Shown here piece after piece: positions 12,150 through 23,642 of a stretch of DNA of 64,000 nt. Every line of letters begins with the position of its first letter. Position 1 is the stretch's first letter. The notes beneath the pieces are model-generated. The model was given only the letters and a program-made list of their open reading frames with translations. It searched no databases and was not told the DNA's origin. Origin of the DNA: Octopus sinensis (taxonomy: Eukaryota). Location of the stretch: contig NC_043009.1 in NCBI RefSeq assembly GCF_006345805.1, forward strand, positions 13,826,001 through 13,890,000, written 5' to 3'. A program made the translations under genes and the position numbers.

Positions 12150-12669
12150 TGCCCTGATGCAGTACCAGGCAGTGGCTCCCATGGCTTCTGGTCTTAACTG
12201 ATGGGACACGTTATTTACATTGTAGTGTCTTGGCATAAAGGATGGGCTACAGCAAATATTCTGCTCAATACCACTGATTTGCTTGTCAATTGTTTGACCA
12301 TAAACAGTTGAGCATGTCACTTAGTGATCACGAGCAGAAGTAGTGGAGGAGCATCATAACCATGTGTTGATAGGAATTCTTTTGAGTTTGAATAGTCCAC
12401 TTCTGGAAACTTGGGTGTTTCGTTCAACTTTCTTAAGCAACCCTTATTCAGGAACCTTTTGATTTAGATGGGTAACTCGACCAGAAGAAAATTCTAACTG
12501 GGCCCCACCTGCAAGTTCATACGCTCTTTATCACCATGTCCCGCACATATGGTTGTGATGCATGTGCCTGTTGTATCCTTATCAGACGTGTAGCCATGAT
12601 GGTATATAAGGCTTCGTATATTTGTACCCCAGTGTCACTTTAATGGCATGCGCTGCACTTTCACTCAAT
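12150..12669 (+). mobile_element. ~520-bp TAA-associated non-coding element (orientation assumed from the TAA-side end)
   Basis: Starts tgccctgatgcagtacc after a (TAA/GAT)n tract; 3' part repeats 8250-8580. Confidence 0.75.
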
Positions 12670-13118
12670 GGTAGTAGTAGTAGTAGTAGTAGTAGTTGTT
12701 GTTGTTGAAGAAGTAGAAGAAAAGACAGAAGAAGAAGGAGAAGGAGAAGGCGAAGAAGAAGAAGAAGAAGAAGAAAAAGAAGAAGGAGGATGAGGAGAAG
12801 AAGAAAAAGAAGAATAAAAAGGAGGAGGAGGATGAGACAAAGAAGAAGAAGAAGAAGAAGAAGAAGAAGAAGAAGAATGAAAAGAAAAGAAGGAGGAGGA
12901 GGAGGAGAAGGAGGAGGAGAAGAAGAAGAAGAAGAAGAAGAAGAAGAAGAAGAAAAAGAAAAAGAAAAAGAAGGAGAAGAAGAAGAAGAAGAAAAAGAAA
13001 AAGAAGGAGGAGGAGGAGGAGAAGGATAATAATAATAAGAAGAAGAAGAAAAAGAAGAAGGAGGAGGAGAAGGAGGAGGAGGAGAAGAAGGAGGAGGAGG
13101 AAAAAAAGAAGAGGAAGA
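12670..13118. repeat. Compound (TAG)/(GAA)/(GGA) purine-rich tract
   Basis: Direct. Confidence 0.95.
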
Positions 13119-13132
13119 CATTTTTTTATTAG

Positions 13133-13172
13133 CCACAAAGTCTGAAAGAGATACAGGAGAATACAGATGAAG
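13133..13172 (+). CDS. Candidate host exon PQSLKEIQENTDE
   Basis: ttttattag| ... ag|gtaacc; only one open frame; phase-compatible with 13430-13509. Confidence 0.3.
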
Positions 13173-13429
13173 GTAACCCAATCGGCCTACAAATGCACGT
13201 GGAATGGAATGAAGTTATATGAACAAAGATGTACAATATACGTAAGTGGAGGGATTAAAATATTATAAACTAAAACTTGCACAGAAACATGTAAGTATAG
13301 AAAGTATGCTAAATTAGAAAATAATTAAAACGAAATAATCATATAACTATTAAATCTACGATATATTAATCAGGCCATCTTCAAGTTCCTGCCTTCGCTT
13401 CCAATGCTTTTCTTTTTTATTTTCTGTAG

Positions 13430-13509
13430 TTTCCATGATTGGATTTCCCAAAACCTTCCTTGAAGAGTTTTTGTGTAATATTGCACGAAAGTTAGCCTCT
13501 GCCTCCATG
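13430..13509 (+). CDS. Candidate host exon (V)SMIGFPKTFLEEFLCNIARKLASASM
   Basis: Strong acceptor ttttcttttttattttctgtag|, donor atg|gtcagt; only one open frame. Confidence 0.35.
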
Positions 13510-13514
13510 GTCAG

Positions 13515-13745
13515 TGAAATATAATGGTATCAAGTTTTTGGTGATTGGACACCAATTTTAAGGAATGTGGTAAGTCCATTACATCTACCCAGTGTTTGAT
13601 GTGTTTAACTTGAGCCCGAATGGATGAAAAGCAACAACAAATTCCTCCGTCGGTGGAATTCGAACCCACACTGCAAGGAACAGAAAGAAATGCTGCAAAG
13701 CATTCTGTTTGATTCGCCAACGATTCTACAAGCTCACCGCCTTGA
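13515..13745 (-). mobile_element. SINE family B, diverged
   Basis: aaggcggtgagctt..ggttcgaattcc head. Confidence 0.6.
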
Positions 13746-14464
13746 AGCTGAGATATAATTTTTATGCTGTTTAAAATATGGTCACATCTCCTTCTTGATT
13801 GTTACTTTGTTTTGGTACTCCTTGTGTAAATGGGTAAAACTCTTAGAGATTTTCGTGAGATTTCATTTAGTTTAAACTTTTATTCCATTTCATAGAATAT
13901 TGGTCTACCTTCATAAGATATTTTCTCCTTCGAGGAAAATGTATCCTACATGGCATTCTCCGTGTTGTTATAGCTTATTTCTATTATTTCTCTATTGGGT
14001 CATTCCACTTTTTAAACTTTTATTTATTCATTTATTTGTATATTTTTGAAAAACATATCTTACCTGTCTGATTTCATTTGAACCCTGACCTTTAAGACGG
14101 AAGTAGCGGTACTGATGTTTGGGAGTAATACATTTTATGATAGCCCTTGTTGTTGCTAGGGAGGTCATTTCTTGACATTACTGATTTCAGTCGGTAAAAC
14201 GTTTTTTGAGATTAATGTTTGAGTCTTGGTAACGAGGCAATTTTATCCTACGATTCACACGTTATGCCAATTTCAGACCTAAACTTCTTGCCTTGCTGTT
14301 TCTTTTATTCTTTTACATTCATTTTCATATAGTTCTGCTATCACACGTGTAACAGTTGGTTTTTCTAAATTTGAAGTCAGAACGGGAGGGCAGTGGGAAT
14401 ACCGCTAAACATTTTGCCCGAAGTGCTAACGATTCTGCCAGCTCACCATCTATTGATGATGATG

Positions 14465-14541
<77 letters not shown>

Positions 14542-14574
14542 AAGAAGAAGAAGAAGAAGAAGAAGATTCTTCTT

Positions 14575-14930
14575 CAAATGACCCTAAATCCAGAAACTGC
14601 GACACATTTGACGAAACAATAGAACATTTGCTGACACCAATCAAATATAAAAATCGCCATGATAGGGTATGTCAGTATTTACATTGGAAAATATGTAAAC
14701 ACTTCAAAATCAGAACTCCTACTTACTGGTATGACCATCATAGTGAGCTAATCGTTGAAGTTAAAAATTATCACTTTCCTCTAGGAATTTCCAATCAACA
14801 CAAACAGAACGATCCAAGCTAATCGACCAAACATAACTAAAAAAGATAGTGAGGAAAATACTTGTACACGAATAGATGTAAGGGCTCCCACTGATAAAGA
14901 TATATCTGTCGAGGAATTTGACACACTAAG
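14575..14930 (+). mobile_element. R4/Dong-like fragment, zinc knuckle to RLE start
   Basis: DPKSRNCDTFDETIEHL; RHDRVCQYLHWKICKHF; IQANRPNI..IDVRAPTD. Confidence 0.75.
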
Positions 14931-14934
14931 CGGC

Positions 14935-15410
14935 TAAATCTTGATCTTGCGCTGCCAGTATAGTGCTCTCGGTCTCTTCTTTTAGTGTACCTTTCATCAG
15001 CCACTCCCACCTATATTTTCCAGCAACTTCTATTGTAGCTATACAGAATTGATTGAGTAGTTCCGTCTTTCGTAATTCTTCTTCATTTCCTTTTTGTACT
15101 CCTTCCGTTTTACCCCCTTTTTCTCCACTCTCAATACTCCCTCATTCCTAACTGTTTCTTGCAAGGCTGCTTTTCTTTGGGCTAGGTATCTCATTAAGCT
15201 CTCCAGCTCGATACGCACGCAGTCTTCCACACTTAGTCATCTTCCTCCATTTGCTCTCTTCATGTATAGGTGACCAGTCTCTGCACATGGATAATGGGCT
15301 CCGTACATCGTTGGGACCTTCCTTGATTTCCTGTCCATCTCTTTTAGCTCCTCCCCTGTCCACTCCAAGATTCCAGCGCCATAGCGAACTACTGACATTT
15401 AGCTTTGAAG
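14935..15410 (-). mobile_element. R4/Dong-like fragment, post-RT region
   Basis: Minus strand reads EDCVRIELESL; WEWLMKGTLKEETESTILAAQDQ; its 5' side abuts (TAA)n on the minus strand. Confidence 0.75.
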
Positions 15411-15412
15411 CC

Positions 15413-15458
<46 letters not shown>

Positions 15459-15791
15459 TGTTTTGCTTGCCACGCGAGCATCGGATAAAGAGGATAAAGA
15501 AGATTTTGCAAAGACAAGTAACATAAATTAATAGTGATTATACAGAAATTGATTAGGGAAAATATTGAAGTGAGTAACAATATAAATAGAATACAGTGGT
15601 TTTGCTGTCCTCTTGATATTGAAAAATCTCCAACAAGGGTCATTCAACTATCTCCTTAGATCATTGATTAGGCAACACAGCACAGAGAAGATTGGCTAAG
15701 CAAGTTAGAAATCGAAGCTTGTATGTGTGTGTTATGCTTCATCTGGTGGTCCTGTAAGCAAAGGAAATCATGTTTATGATGATGATGATTG

Positions 15792-15843
<52 letters not shown>

Positions 15844-15891
15844 AAGGATAATGATAATAATAATAATAATGATAATAATAATAATAATAAT

Positions 15892-15922
<31 letters not shown>

Positions 15923-15953
15923 TTATAATAATAATAATATTATAATAATAATA

Positions 15954-16950
15954 GACACCCACCAGATTGAGCAGGTTGAATGAAATGCGCCAACTGCAGC
16001 TGCAAAGAAAATAAAATTAATTGCAAAGACAAAAGCACATGAAAATTTAGCTAGCAGATGGGAACAGAAACCTCTCCATGGCAAGTATGTGGCCTGTAGC
16101 AAACAAGCTGATGTCGACCAGAAACACACGCACCAATGGTTACGAAGTTCAGGGCTAAAAGCAGAGAGTGAACTGCCAAGCCAATGTGATGAAAAATGGA
16201 GCTGACCCAAAATGCTGATTCTGTAACGATGAGATTGAAACAATAGACCACCTAAACTCAGGGTGTAGAGTCTTAGCACTTGCAGAATATAAAGCAAGAC
16301 ATGACAGAGTCGGCCAGTATTTACACTGGACAATATGTCGGCATTATAAAATTAAAACCGCTGACAAATGGTATAAACATCATCCGGAAGCTGTGACTGA
16401 GGGAGAAAATGTGTTGATTATATGGGACTTCCCCGTGCAGACCGACAGAACTATAAAAGCCAATAAACCGGATATTATTATAAAAGATCAGACAAAAAGG
16501 ATGTGTTTATTAATTGACATGAGTATTCCCTGTGATCACAATATAGCAGCGAAAGAATTTGACAAGATTAGTAAATATAAAGACCTGCTAATGGAAATTG
16601 AAAAAATGTGGCATCTCAAGGCGACTACAGTACCAGTGATTGTAGGATCTCTAGGAATGATAAAAAACAAGTACTGAAACCTATTTGTAAATGATTCCAG
16701 GCTTACCATCCCTACAGGAGGTGCAGAAGATCGTGTTGACAGGAACGGCTCATGTACTGAGAAGAGCATTATCGATGTGAAAACAACTTCCATTCATGAA
16801 TTTATTTATTTATTAATTTTTAAATACATATTTTATCTGTGAATTTGCGTGTGTAATCTGGGAATGCATACAATGCCCTTCTCTGCCCTAGGTGTACGGA
16901 AAACACTCGGCGAGAAACGGAAGAAAATTTTAAGAAAGAAGGAAAAAACA
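15954..16950 (+). mobile_element. Related R4/Dong-like subfamily, 3' fragment with RLE domain and 3' UTR
   Basis: WDFPVQTDRTIKANKPDIIIKD..LIDMSIPCD; 3' UTR similar to 11960-12044; between (TAA)n tracts. Confidence 0.88.
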
Positions 16951-16961
16951 TAATAATAATA

Positions 16962-16994
<33 letters not shown>

Positions 16995-16997
<3 letters not shown>

Positions 16998-17214
16998 CAG
17001 AAAATTGCACTACTAATACAGAAAATTGCACTACTAATACAGAAAATTGCACTACTAATACAGAAAATTGCACTACTAGGCACAGCACACATCCTACGCA
17101 GAACACTTTCCATACAATAACCATCAGAGCATCACAACAAATCACAGCACATACCCAAGGCACACAGAGCTGTGCTCGGTAGTGAAGTGAAAGCACGCTA
17201 TAAAAATAAAACTA

Positions 17215-17217
<3 letters not shown>
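16995..17217 (+). mobile_element. Extreme 3' end of another R4/Dong-like lineage
   Basis: Translates QKIALLGTAHILRRTLSIQ* (homologous to QKIVLTGTSHVLRRALSM*), then UTR and (TAA)n. Confidence 0.8.
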
Positions 17218-17251
<34 letters not shown>

Positions 17252-17435
17252 GGTTTCAAATTTCGGTGCAGGGCTTGCAGTTTTTGAAAGGAAGAGACAA
17301 GTCGATTACGTTGACTCCAATATCTAACTGGTTCTTATTTCATCGATCCCAAAAGGATGAAAGGCTAAGTCGACCTCGACTGCATATGTCGCAAAGAACG
17401 CAAAGAGCCGAAAGAAATGCTGCTAAGTATACCTT
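17252..17435 (-). mobile_element. SINE family B
   Basis: Tail aaatttgaaacc(att)n; core present. Confidence 0.7.
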
Positions 17436-17899
17436 TACACAATCTGTGCAATGATATTGGGCTGTGCATACTGAAGAAAGAATATACCCTGCTGCCAGAA
17501 GAATAAAAAAAAATACTGAAACTCTAAGGAAATGCAAGAAAAGAAAGAAGAACGGCATGACAAGTAGTTGGAAAGAAAAGGAATGATATGGTCAATTCAA
17601 GCAACATACCAAATATGTTTAGGAAATGCACAGAGATATATCAAGAAAGATAAAACTTTGATAAGATTAACTAGATGTGGTAAGGACGCAAATCAGTCAA
17701 GCGTATGAGCTAGTCTGACAAAACAAAAACACAGCTAAAATACCTGTTGTAGATGTACATTATTGAAGAATGAACCTATTAGCTTGTAAATGAGATCAGA
17801 AACTACGAACGCAATGAAGAAGACAGCAATTACATAAAGAACATAAGAAATGGCAGCAGTCAAAAAATGATATCACCTGAAAATGAAATATAACCTTGT

Positions 17900-18900
17900 G
17901 AACTGAAATGAAGGGTAGAGACTGGTGTTCCAAATTCCAGAACAATAAGAACACATACAAGATTATAGTATATAATAGAGCAGTGGAAGAAACACTGAAT
18001 GATGAAACTGGTCTGACATCAATAATCTTGTACTCTCTGCGTCGAAGGCTTTGAGCAACGAAATTGGACTGAAAAGAAGAAAAATAATAACAAAGAAGTC
18101 ATCAAGCAAAGGCAGTAGGTAGTCAAAATATGACAGAAATTTAAAACCTAAGAGGGGAGCTGTCGATTGTTGGGGAACTTTCGAAGGGAATAAATGTCAA
18201 TGCTAGGAAAGGAAAATAAGTTAAAATAGCAACGAACAAAGTCTCCCTCATATCAGAGAGACCCCGAAATTTTGCATAACCATCAATATGAAAAACAGAA
18301 AATATGAAAAAAGGAGTGAATTCTACAGACAGATTAAGATTTTCCAAAGAGCGGTGAAGAAATTTTATGGGGAAATTGGGAAAAGAACCAAGAAAAATAA
18401 AGGACCCTACTAATATGGAAGAAGCTGAGGAATCTTGGAAGAATGTCTCGTGTAACTCAAATACATATAACGAAGAAAATAATGGAATCAAGAGGGTAAA
18501 ATGAAAGGATAGAAGATTTGGAAGAATTTGAAGTGACTGAGGTGTGGCAAATCTTTAGCAAAACGAAATTCTGAACTCAATACTTTTGGAATGAATATAT
18601 ACTTTTCTTGAAGAAAAGACCATCTTTCCTCAAGAAAAAAGAAGTAAGCAGAATTCCTATAGATCTAAAAAATCAGTTCGTCGTGAGAAGACTATCAACT
18701 TAAGTATTACATAGATTGTTTACTGAAAAGCATTCGACAGTGTTCCACATCACTGTATATTTAAAGCATGAGAATTATACAAGATCTTTCCAGTAATCTT
18801 TGGCTATCTTCAGCATGGTATAGCAAAATGGACATCTGTCATTGTAAACGACAGAAACGAAGTTATGCAATCAAGCAAAGTCAAAATGAATGCGAAGTGC
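17900..18900 (+). mobile_element. Highly degenerate R4/Dong-like LINE
   Basis: Residual similarity to KKFYREIGK..EEVQNFWK, IFPIEQKGC..KDQL and KAFDSVPH. Confidence 0.55.
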
Positions 18901-19896
18901 CGATGATATGACAGCTAAAAATTTAGCGACTGGTAGAAGGAAAGCTACACGTATCTGTCTTTTGTTATGTTCATGTTCTGATTGAGTTAGGACCAACGAT
19001 GAGTAGCTTGAGAATTTTCTCAGTAATATCGCTTATCCTGCAAAAGAAAAATCTAGTGAATACAATCGAGGTGCGTAGCATTACAAACTTTCTAGCGAAA
19101 AGTAGAGTAAAAATTATAGAATGCTGCTTGCATTTTAAACCTGTATGTATGAGTATTTGCGTGTATGTGTCAGTGAATGTGTATCTATGTATGTATGTGT
19201 CAGTGAATGTGTGTGTATGTATGTATGTATGTATGTATGTATGTATGTATTTATGTATGTATGTATGAAAGAGAGACAAAGAGAGAGAAAAGAAAGGAGG
19301 GTGACTGTGTTTGTGAATGAGCTATAAATGAAAATAAATATGATACAAATAACAGCTGAATGAAATGTAAATTGATTCCTAGCTCGCAAATCGGAATAAT
19401 TTGCTCTACTGATGTCACGCGAATATCATGAGATTCTGAATCAGCGTTTTGTATGTAGACGGCAAATAGCATGAGTATGGAGGGTGCGATATCGTTTAAA
19501 AATTGATTTCAGTAACCACAAGGCACCACTTATTCAATTATTTCTTTGTAATTAAGTAATTGGGCTTATATCACGAGAAAAATAATTAAGGTTTGGCCCT
19601 TTAAAGTTAAATGCTTCGGTGTAACATGTTTGTATGCAGTTCTGTGAAGACAAGTGTATATGCTTCAGCACGAATCTGTATGCATCTGCCTGCATGATCA
19701 TTTGGCTTTGTGATGTGCATACAATGCCAGTATATATATATGTATATATATATATTGCTGAAAGCTAATGTAAATAAATTTGTCAAGTTCGTCTGTGCAC
19801 TCTCAGATATATATACATACATACAAGTGCGTTTGCATCAGTACAAACTCTGAAATACGCACAAAAGGACTTACACAGACACAGACGCACACACAG

Positions 19897-19984
<88 letters not shown>

Positions 19985-20057
19985 TAATATATATATATAT
20001 ATATTTATATGTATATGTATACACATACACTTGTAAACACATACAAGCGCACATATA

Positions 20058-20645
20058 CAATGTGCGGTGGGTAAATTGACGCCATTATATATTTTTACTT
20101 TGACGCATGCGCACTGTTTGTTTTTGATTTTGTTGAATACACAGTATAGTAGGGTCAGTTGGGCACCGTCTATGAGAAAAATAGCACCATTACGCAATTC
20201 TCTCTGCCAGAAATTTGGCAATAATATGCTGTTGTGCTTGGCTTTGCGCCGGAAGCTCCAATACGAACATTTCAGTGTGTTTGGGTGTCAATCTAAGGAT
20301 AGTCCCCAAAACGCACTGAGAGTGATAAAAATCAAACATCTAGTAAACATCATGGTGTTTGGAATGATAACTAGTGGTGGCAACGTTATGTCTCCATTCA
20401 TCATACCACACGACCTCACACTCAACACAGAGGCCTACATCAAGTGCCTGGAGGAGGTAGTGCTGCTCTGGATCAAGAGGGTGACTGCTGGTAGACCCTA
20501 TGTCTGGCAATAGGACTGTTCACCATGCCACACAAGCAGCAGAGCCCAATCATGGCTGTGGGACAATTTTTGAAAAGACAACATCACTAACATCTAGCCG
20601 CCTAACTCCCCAGACTGCAACGCCCTTGATTATTATGTGTGGGTC
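20058..20645 (+). mobile_element. Internally deleted DD37D (maT-type) Tc1/mariner transposon
   Basis: TA followed by a TIR-like start; IMVFGMITSGG..YIKCLEEVV..RPYVWQ*DCSPCH..PPNSPDCNALDYYVW with 37 residues between D2 and D3. Confidence 0.8.
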
Positions 20646-21122
20646 GTGCGTAAAACAAGTTTCTGAACGTGCAAAATTCCAATGGATCTTTGAGAAGAAT
20701 AATTATAAAACTTAGTTAGCCAGACTGCCATGAACAAATCGAGCATACTGGTATAACTTATGTACATGTTGGTGTTGTTTTTTTTAGTGGTGTATGAACA
20801 GTTAATGGTGGTACAGCCAATAATGTCCTATATAGAGAGAGCACAAATCCTTTTCGAAAGTTACGTTAATGATGAATGTGGCTGTGAAATATTCAGCCAC
20901 TTACATGCTTAACCAATGAATATGTTGTTCAGTTTGACCGAGCAACTTTAAAAGTCGTCTTCGAAAGTAATAGATATCAATCTACATTCTTATTAAAACC
21001 TCTGGATGGGATTATCAGGTCAGGAAAATGCTTAGTTATTCCCACCGATTTTTTAATCTTCTGAGTTCAAATACCAACGAGTGCGAAATTGCTGGACATG
21101 AGCATAAACTAAAGAATGATAA

Positions 21123-21335
21123 TAATGGCAGAATCGTTAGCATGCCATAAGAAATGCTTAGAAGCGTTTCGTCCGTCTTTATGTTCTGAGTTCGAATTCC
21201 CCGAGGTCGACTTTGCGTTTCACCCTTTCCGGTCGATAAAATAAGTACCAACTGAACACTGGGATCGATGTAATCGAATTATCCCCTCTTCCAAACTTCA
21301 GGCCTTGTGCCTATAGTAGCAAGGATTAGTATTAC
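21123..21335 (+). mobile_element. SINE family B
   Basis: gagttcgaattcc..ggtcgactttgcgtttcaccctttccggtcgataaaataagtacc. Confidence 0.85.
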
Positions 21336-21839
21336 TAACGGGAGCTGTAAATACTTCACGGAAATAATGGTAAACTTATTGGGTTATTTCTGAAAACTTG
21401 ATCCAAAATACCAGAAAACGTAGCCTGTGTTTTGTTTATATCAAAAAATATTGGCTCATCTGCTAATCATTGAAAAGTGACGGAAATCGGGATACGATGA
21501 TTACTTAATGCATTTTATATATGCAATTTATACACTTTATGCACAAGCTTACAGACTTAATACACATCACTCTCCCTCTTTACCTCTCACTTTTCGCTTT
21601 ACCTTCTTTCTCTCTCGCCTTTCCGGTTAGCTAATCACGTGAAGGCGTTGCAGACGGGCTAAGTAACGGAGAACAAAAAACTTAGTTTTAAAAATACACA
21701 TTTTACTCACAACCACTTCTCCCTCCTATCTCCCTATCTCTCCACCTTCTCCTCCTCCCACCCGCTTATCCCTCCCGCTTCAACTAATCACGGGAAGTAT
21801 TGCAGACGGTCAAAGTAACGGAAGAACAAGCAGAATTAT

Positions 21840-22075
21840 TATAAGATATTTTACTTCTGAGATCTCTTTTTGGTCGGGTTAATTCTATGAGAACAGATAG
21901 CAACCTTTCTACGATGCTTAGCACCTGAATACTAATCTTAAAATCCTCGCTGTCCCCAACAGAACAGGTTTTGAGCATGTTCTACCCTTATGTTAATTCC
22001 AATATCTCCAACATATTTCTGAAACCTGGTTGTTACTGCTACAGCTATTGGGATGTAGTCACTTGGTTGTTTAAG
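21840..22075 (-). mobile_element. 3' end of an R4/Dong-like lineage
   Basis: Minus strand reads RFQKYVGDIGINIRVEHAQ then (frameshift) KPVLLGTARIL. Confidence 0.65.
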
Positions 22076-22099
22076 CTATCATTATTTTTATTATTATTA

Positions 22100-22750
22100 A
22101 GACGGTGAGTTAGCAGAATCTTTAGCACGTTGGACAAAATGCTTAGTGGTATTTCTTTCGTATCTACATTCCTCCGAAGTCGATTGAATTTGCTCTTTTC
22201 GGAGTCGATAAAATATGTGCCTGTCAAGTATTGAAGTCAACGTAATCGATTAGTCCCCTACCCCTACAATTTCAGGCCTTGTGCCTATAGTAGAAAGTGT
22301 TATTATTAAGGCGGTGATCTGACACAGTTGTTACCGCTCCAGGAATAAAGCTGAACGGCTTTTCACCTGTTCTGTATTCAATTTCCGCTTTGGTTGACTT
22401 TGTCCTTCATCCCCATGGGTCGACGAAATGAGGACCAGTTGAGCACTGGGATCGATGTAATACACTATCTCCACCCTAAAACAATTCAGATCTTATGTCT
22501 ATACCTGGGGAGATTATTTATTTATTTATTTATTCATTTATTTGGCGAGCTGGCATAACCATTAGCAGATCGGACAAACTACTGAAAGGTACTTCAGTTC
22601 TGCGTTCAAATCATGCTGAAGTCAACTTTGCTTTCCATTTTTGTGGGGTCGATAATACACAATCTTAGTTAAGTACTTGTGACAATGTAATCGATTTACC
22701 CTATCCATCGAAATTGCTCTTCTCGAGCTAAAATTAGAATAATTTCTTAT
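22100..22750 (+). mobile_element. Three tandem diverged SINE family B copies
   Basis: Heads at ~22100, ~22308 and ~22543 separated by short (TTA)n. Confidence 0.75.
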
Positions 22751-23358
22751 TAGTAGTAGTGGTAAATGTTTCAATATGATTGATATTTTTGCTTTTTAAT
22801 AAAGACTTATATAACATTTCCATATAATCAGTTTGATAAATCACAGTTTATCTGAAACTACACTCTATGATAAATTACTGTTTACTGAGTTTTGTAAATG
22901 GTCGCCATCTTGTGAGATAACTCATGTTTATACATCCACCTACATACACATGCGTACTTATAAGCATTCATACAAACATCACAAAACAGGAAAGAGCACT
23001 ATCAGGAAATTTCATCTACAAGCAATCAATAACACGATCAAATTATGTAAAACATTGTAAAACGTTAGCATGTGTTTTTCTGAGTATATTAAATAATTTT
23101 AAATGGTTATTGCTGAAATGGGCTAAAATTAGGCTTTCGTATATATACCTCTATGGATTTGTTTTTTCGAGCACAGCTTGTTACTTATCAAATGACAAAT
23201 TATTTAAGGACAATAAAAAGAATGGTGGATATATTTACCCGATGTTGAGAAAACAATGAAAAAGTATTTAGTTACTAATGATTTTAATTAAAAAATGTAC
23301 AAGTTTGTTAATTTTGAAAACATCATTTTATCATCGCTGCATTTCACATTCATGTGTG

Positions 23359-23407
<49 letters not shown>

Positions 23408-23475
23408 TGTATGCGCGCGCTCAGGCGTGTGCATGTGTCTTTTTCTTTGTGTAATCAGCCATTCAAATAGAGGCA

Positions 23476-23642
23476 GGCGTAGCTATGTGGTTGTGTGGTA
23501 AGAAGCTTCCTTCTCAACTACATGGTTCCGAGTTCAGTCCCACTGCGTGACAAATACGTCAAGTGTCTTCTACTACGTCCTTGGGCCGACCAAAGCCTCT
23601 TGAGTGGATTTGGAAGACTGAAACTGAAAGAAACCCGTCGTA
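23476..23642 (+). mobile_element. tRNA-headed SINE family A, 5' part
   Basis: A/B-box-like tggttgtgtggt..gagttcagtccc. Confidence 0.8.

Noticed and set aside
8250-12669. LTR retrotransposon interpretation of the flanking direct repeats
   Set aside because: No TG..CA ends, PBS or PPT; the repeats are unequal and diverged; the internal ORF is a non-LTR RT-RLE.
16995-17078. CRISPR-like short repeat array
   Set aside because: The units are contiguous with no spacers and derive from LINE coding sequence; the context is eukaryotic.
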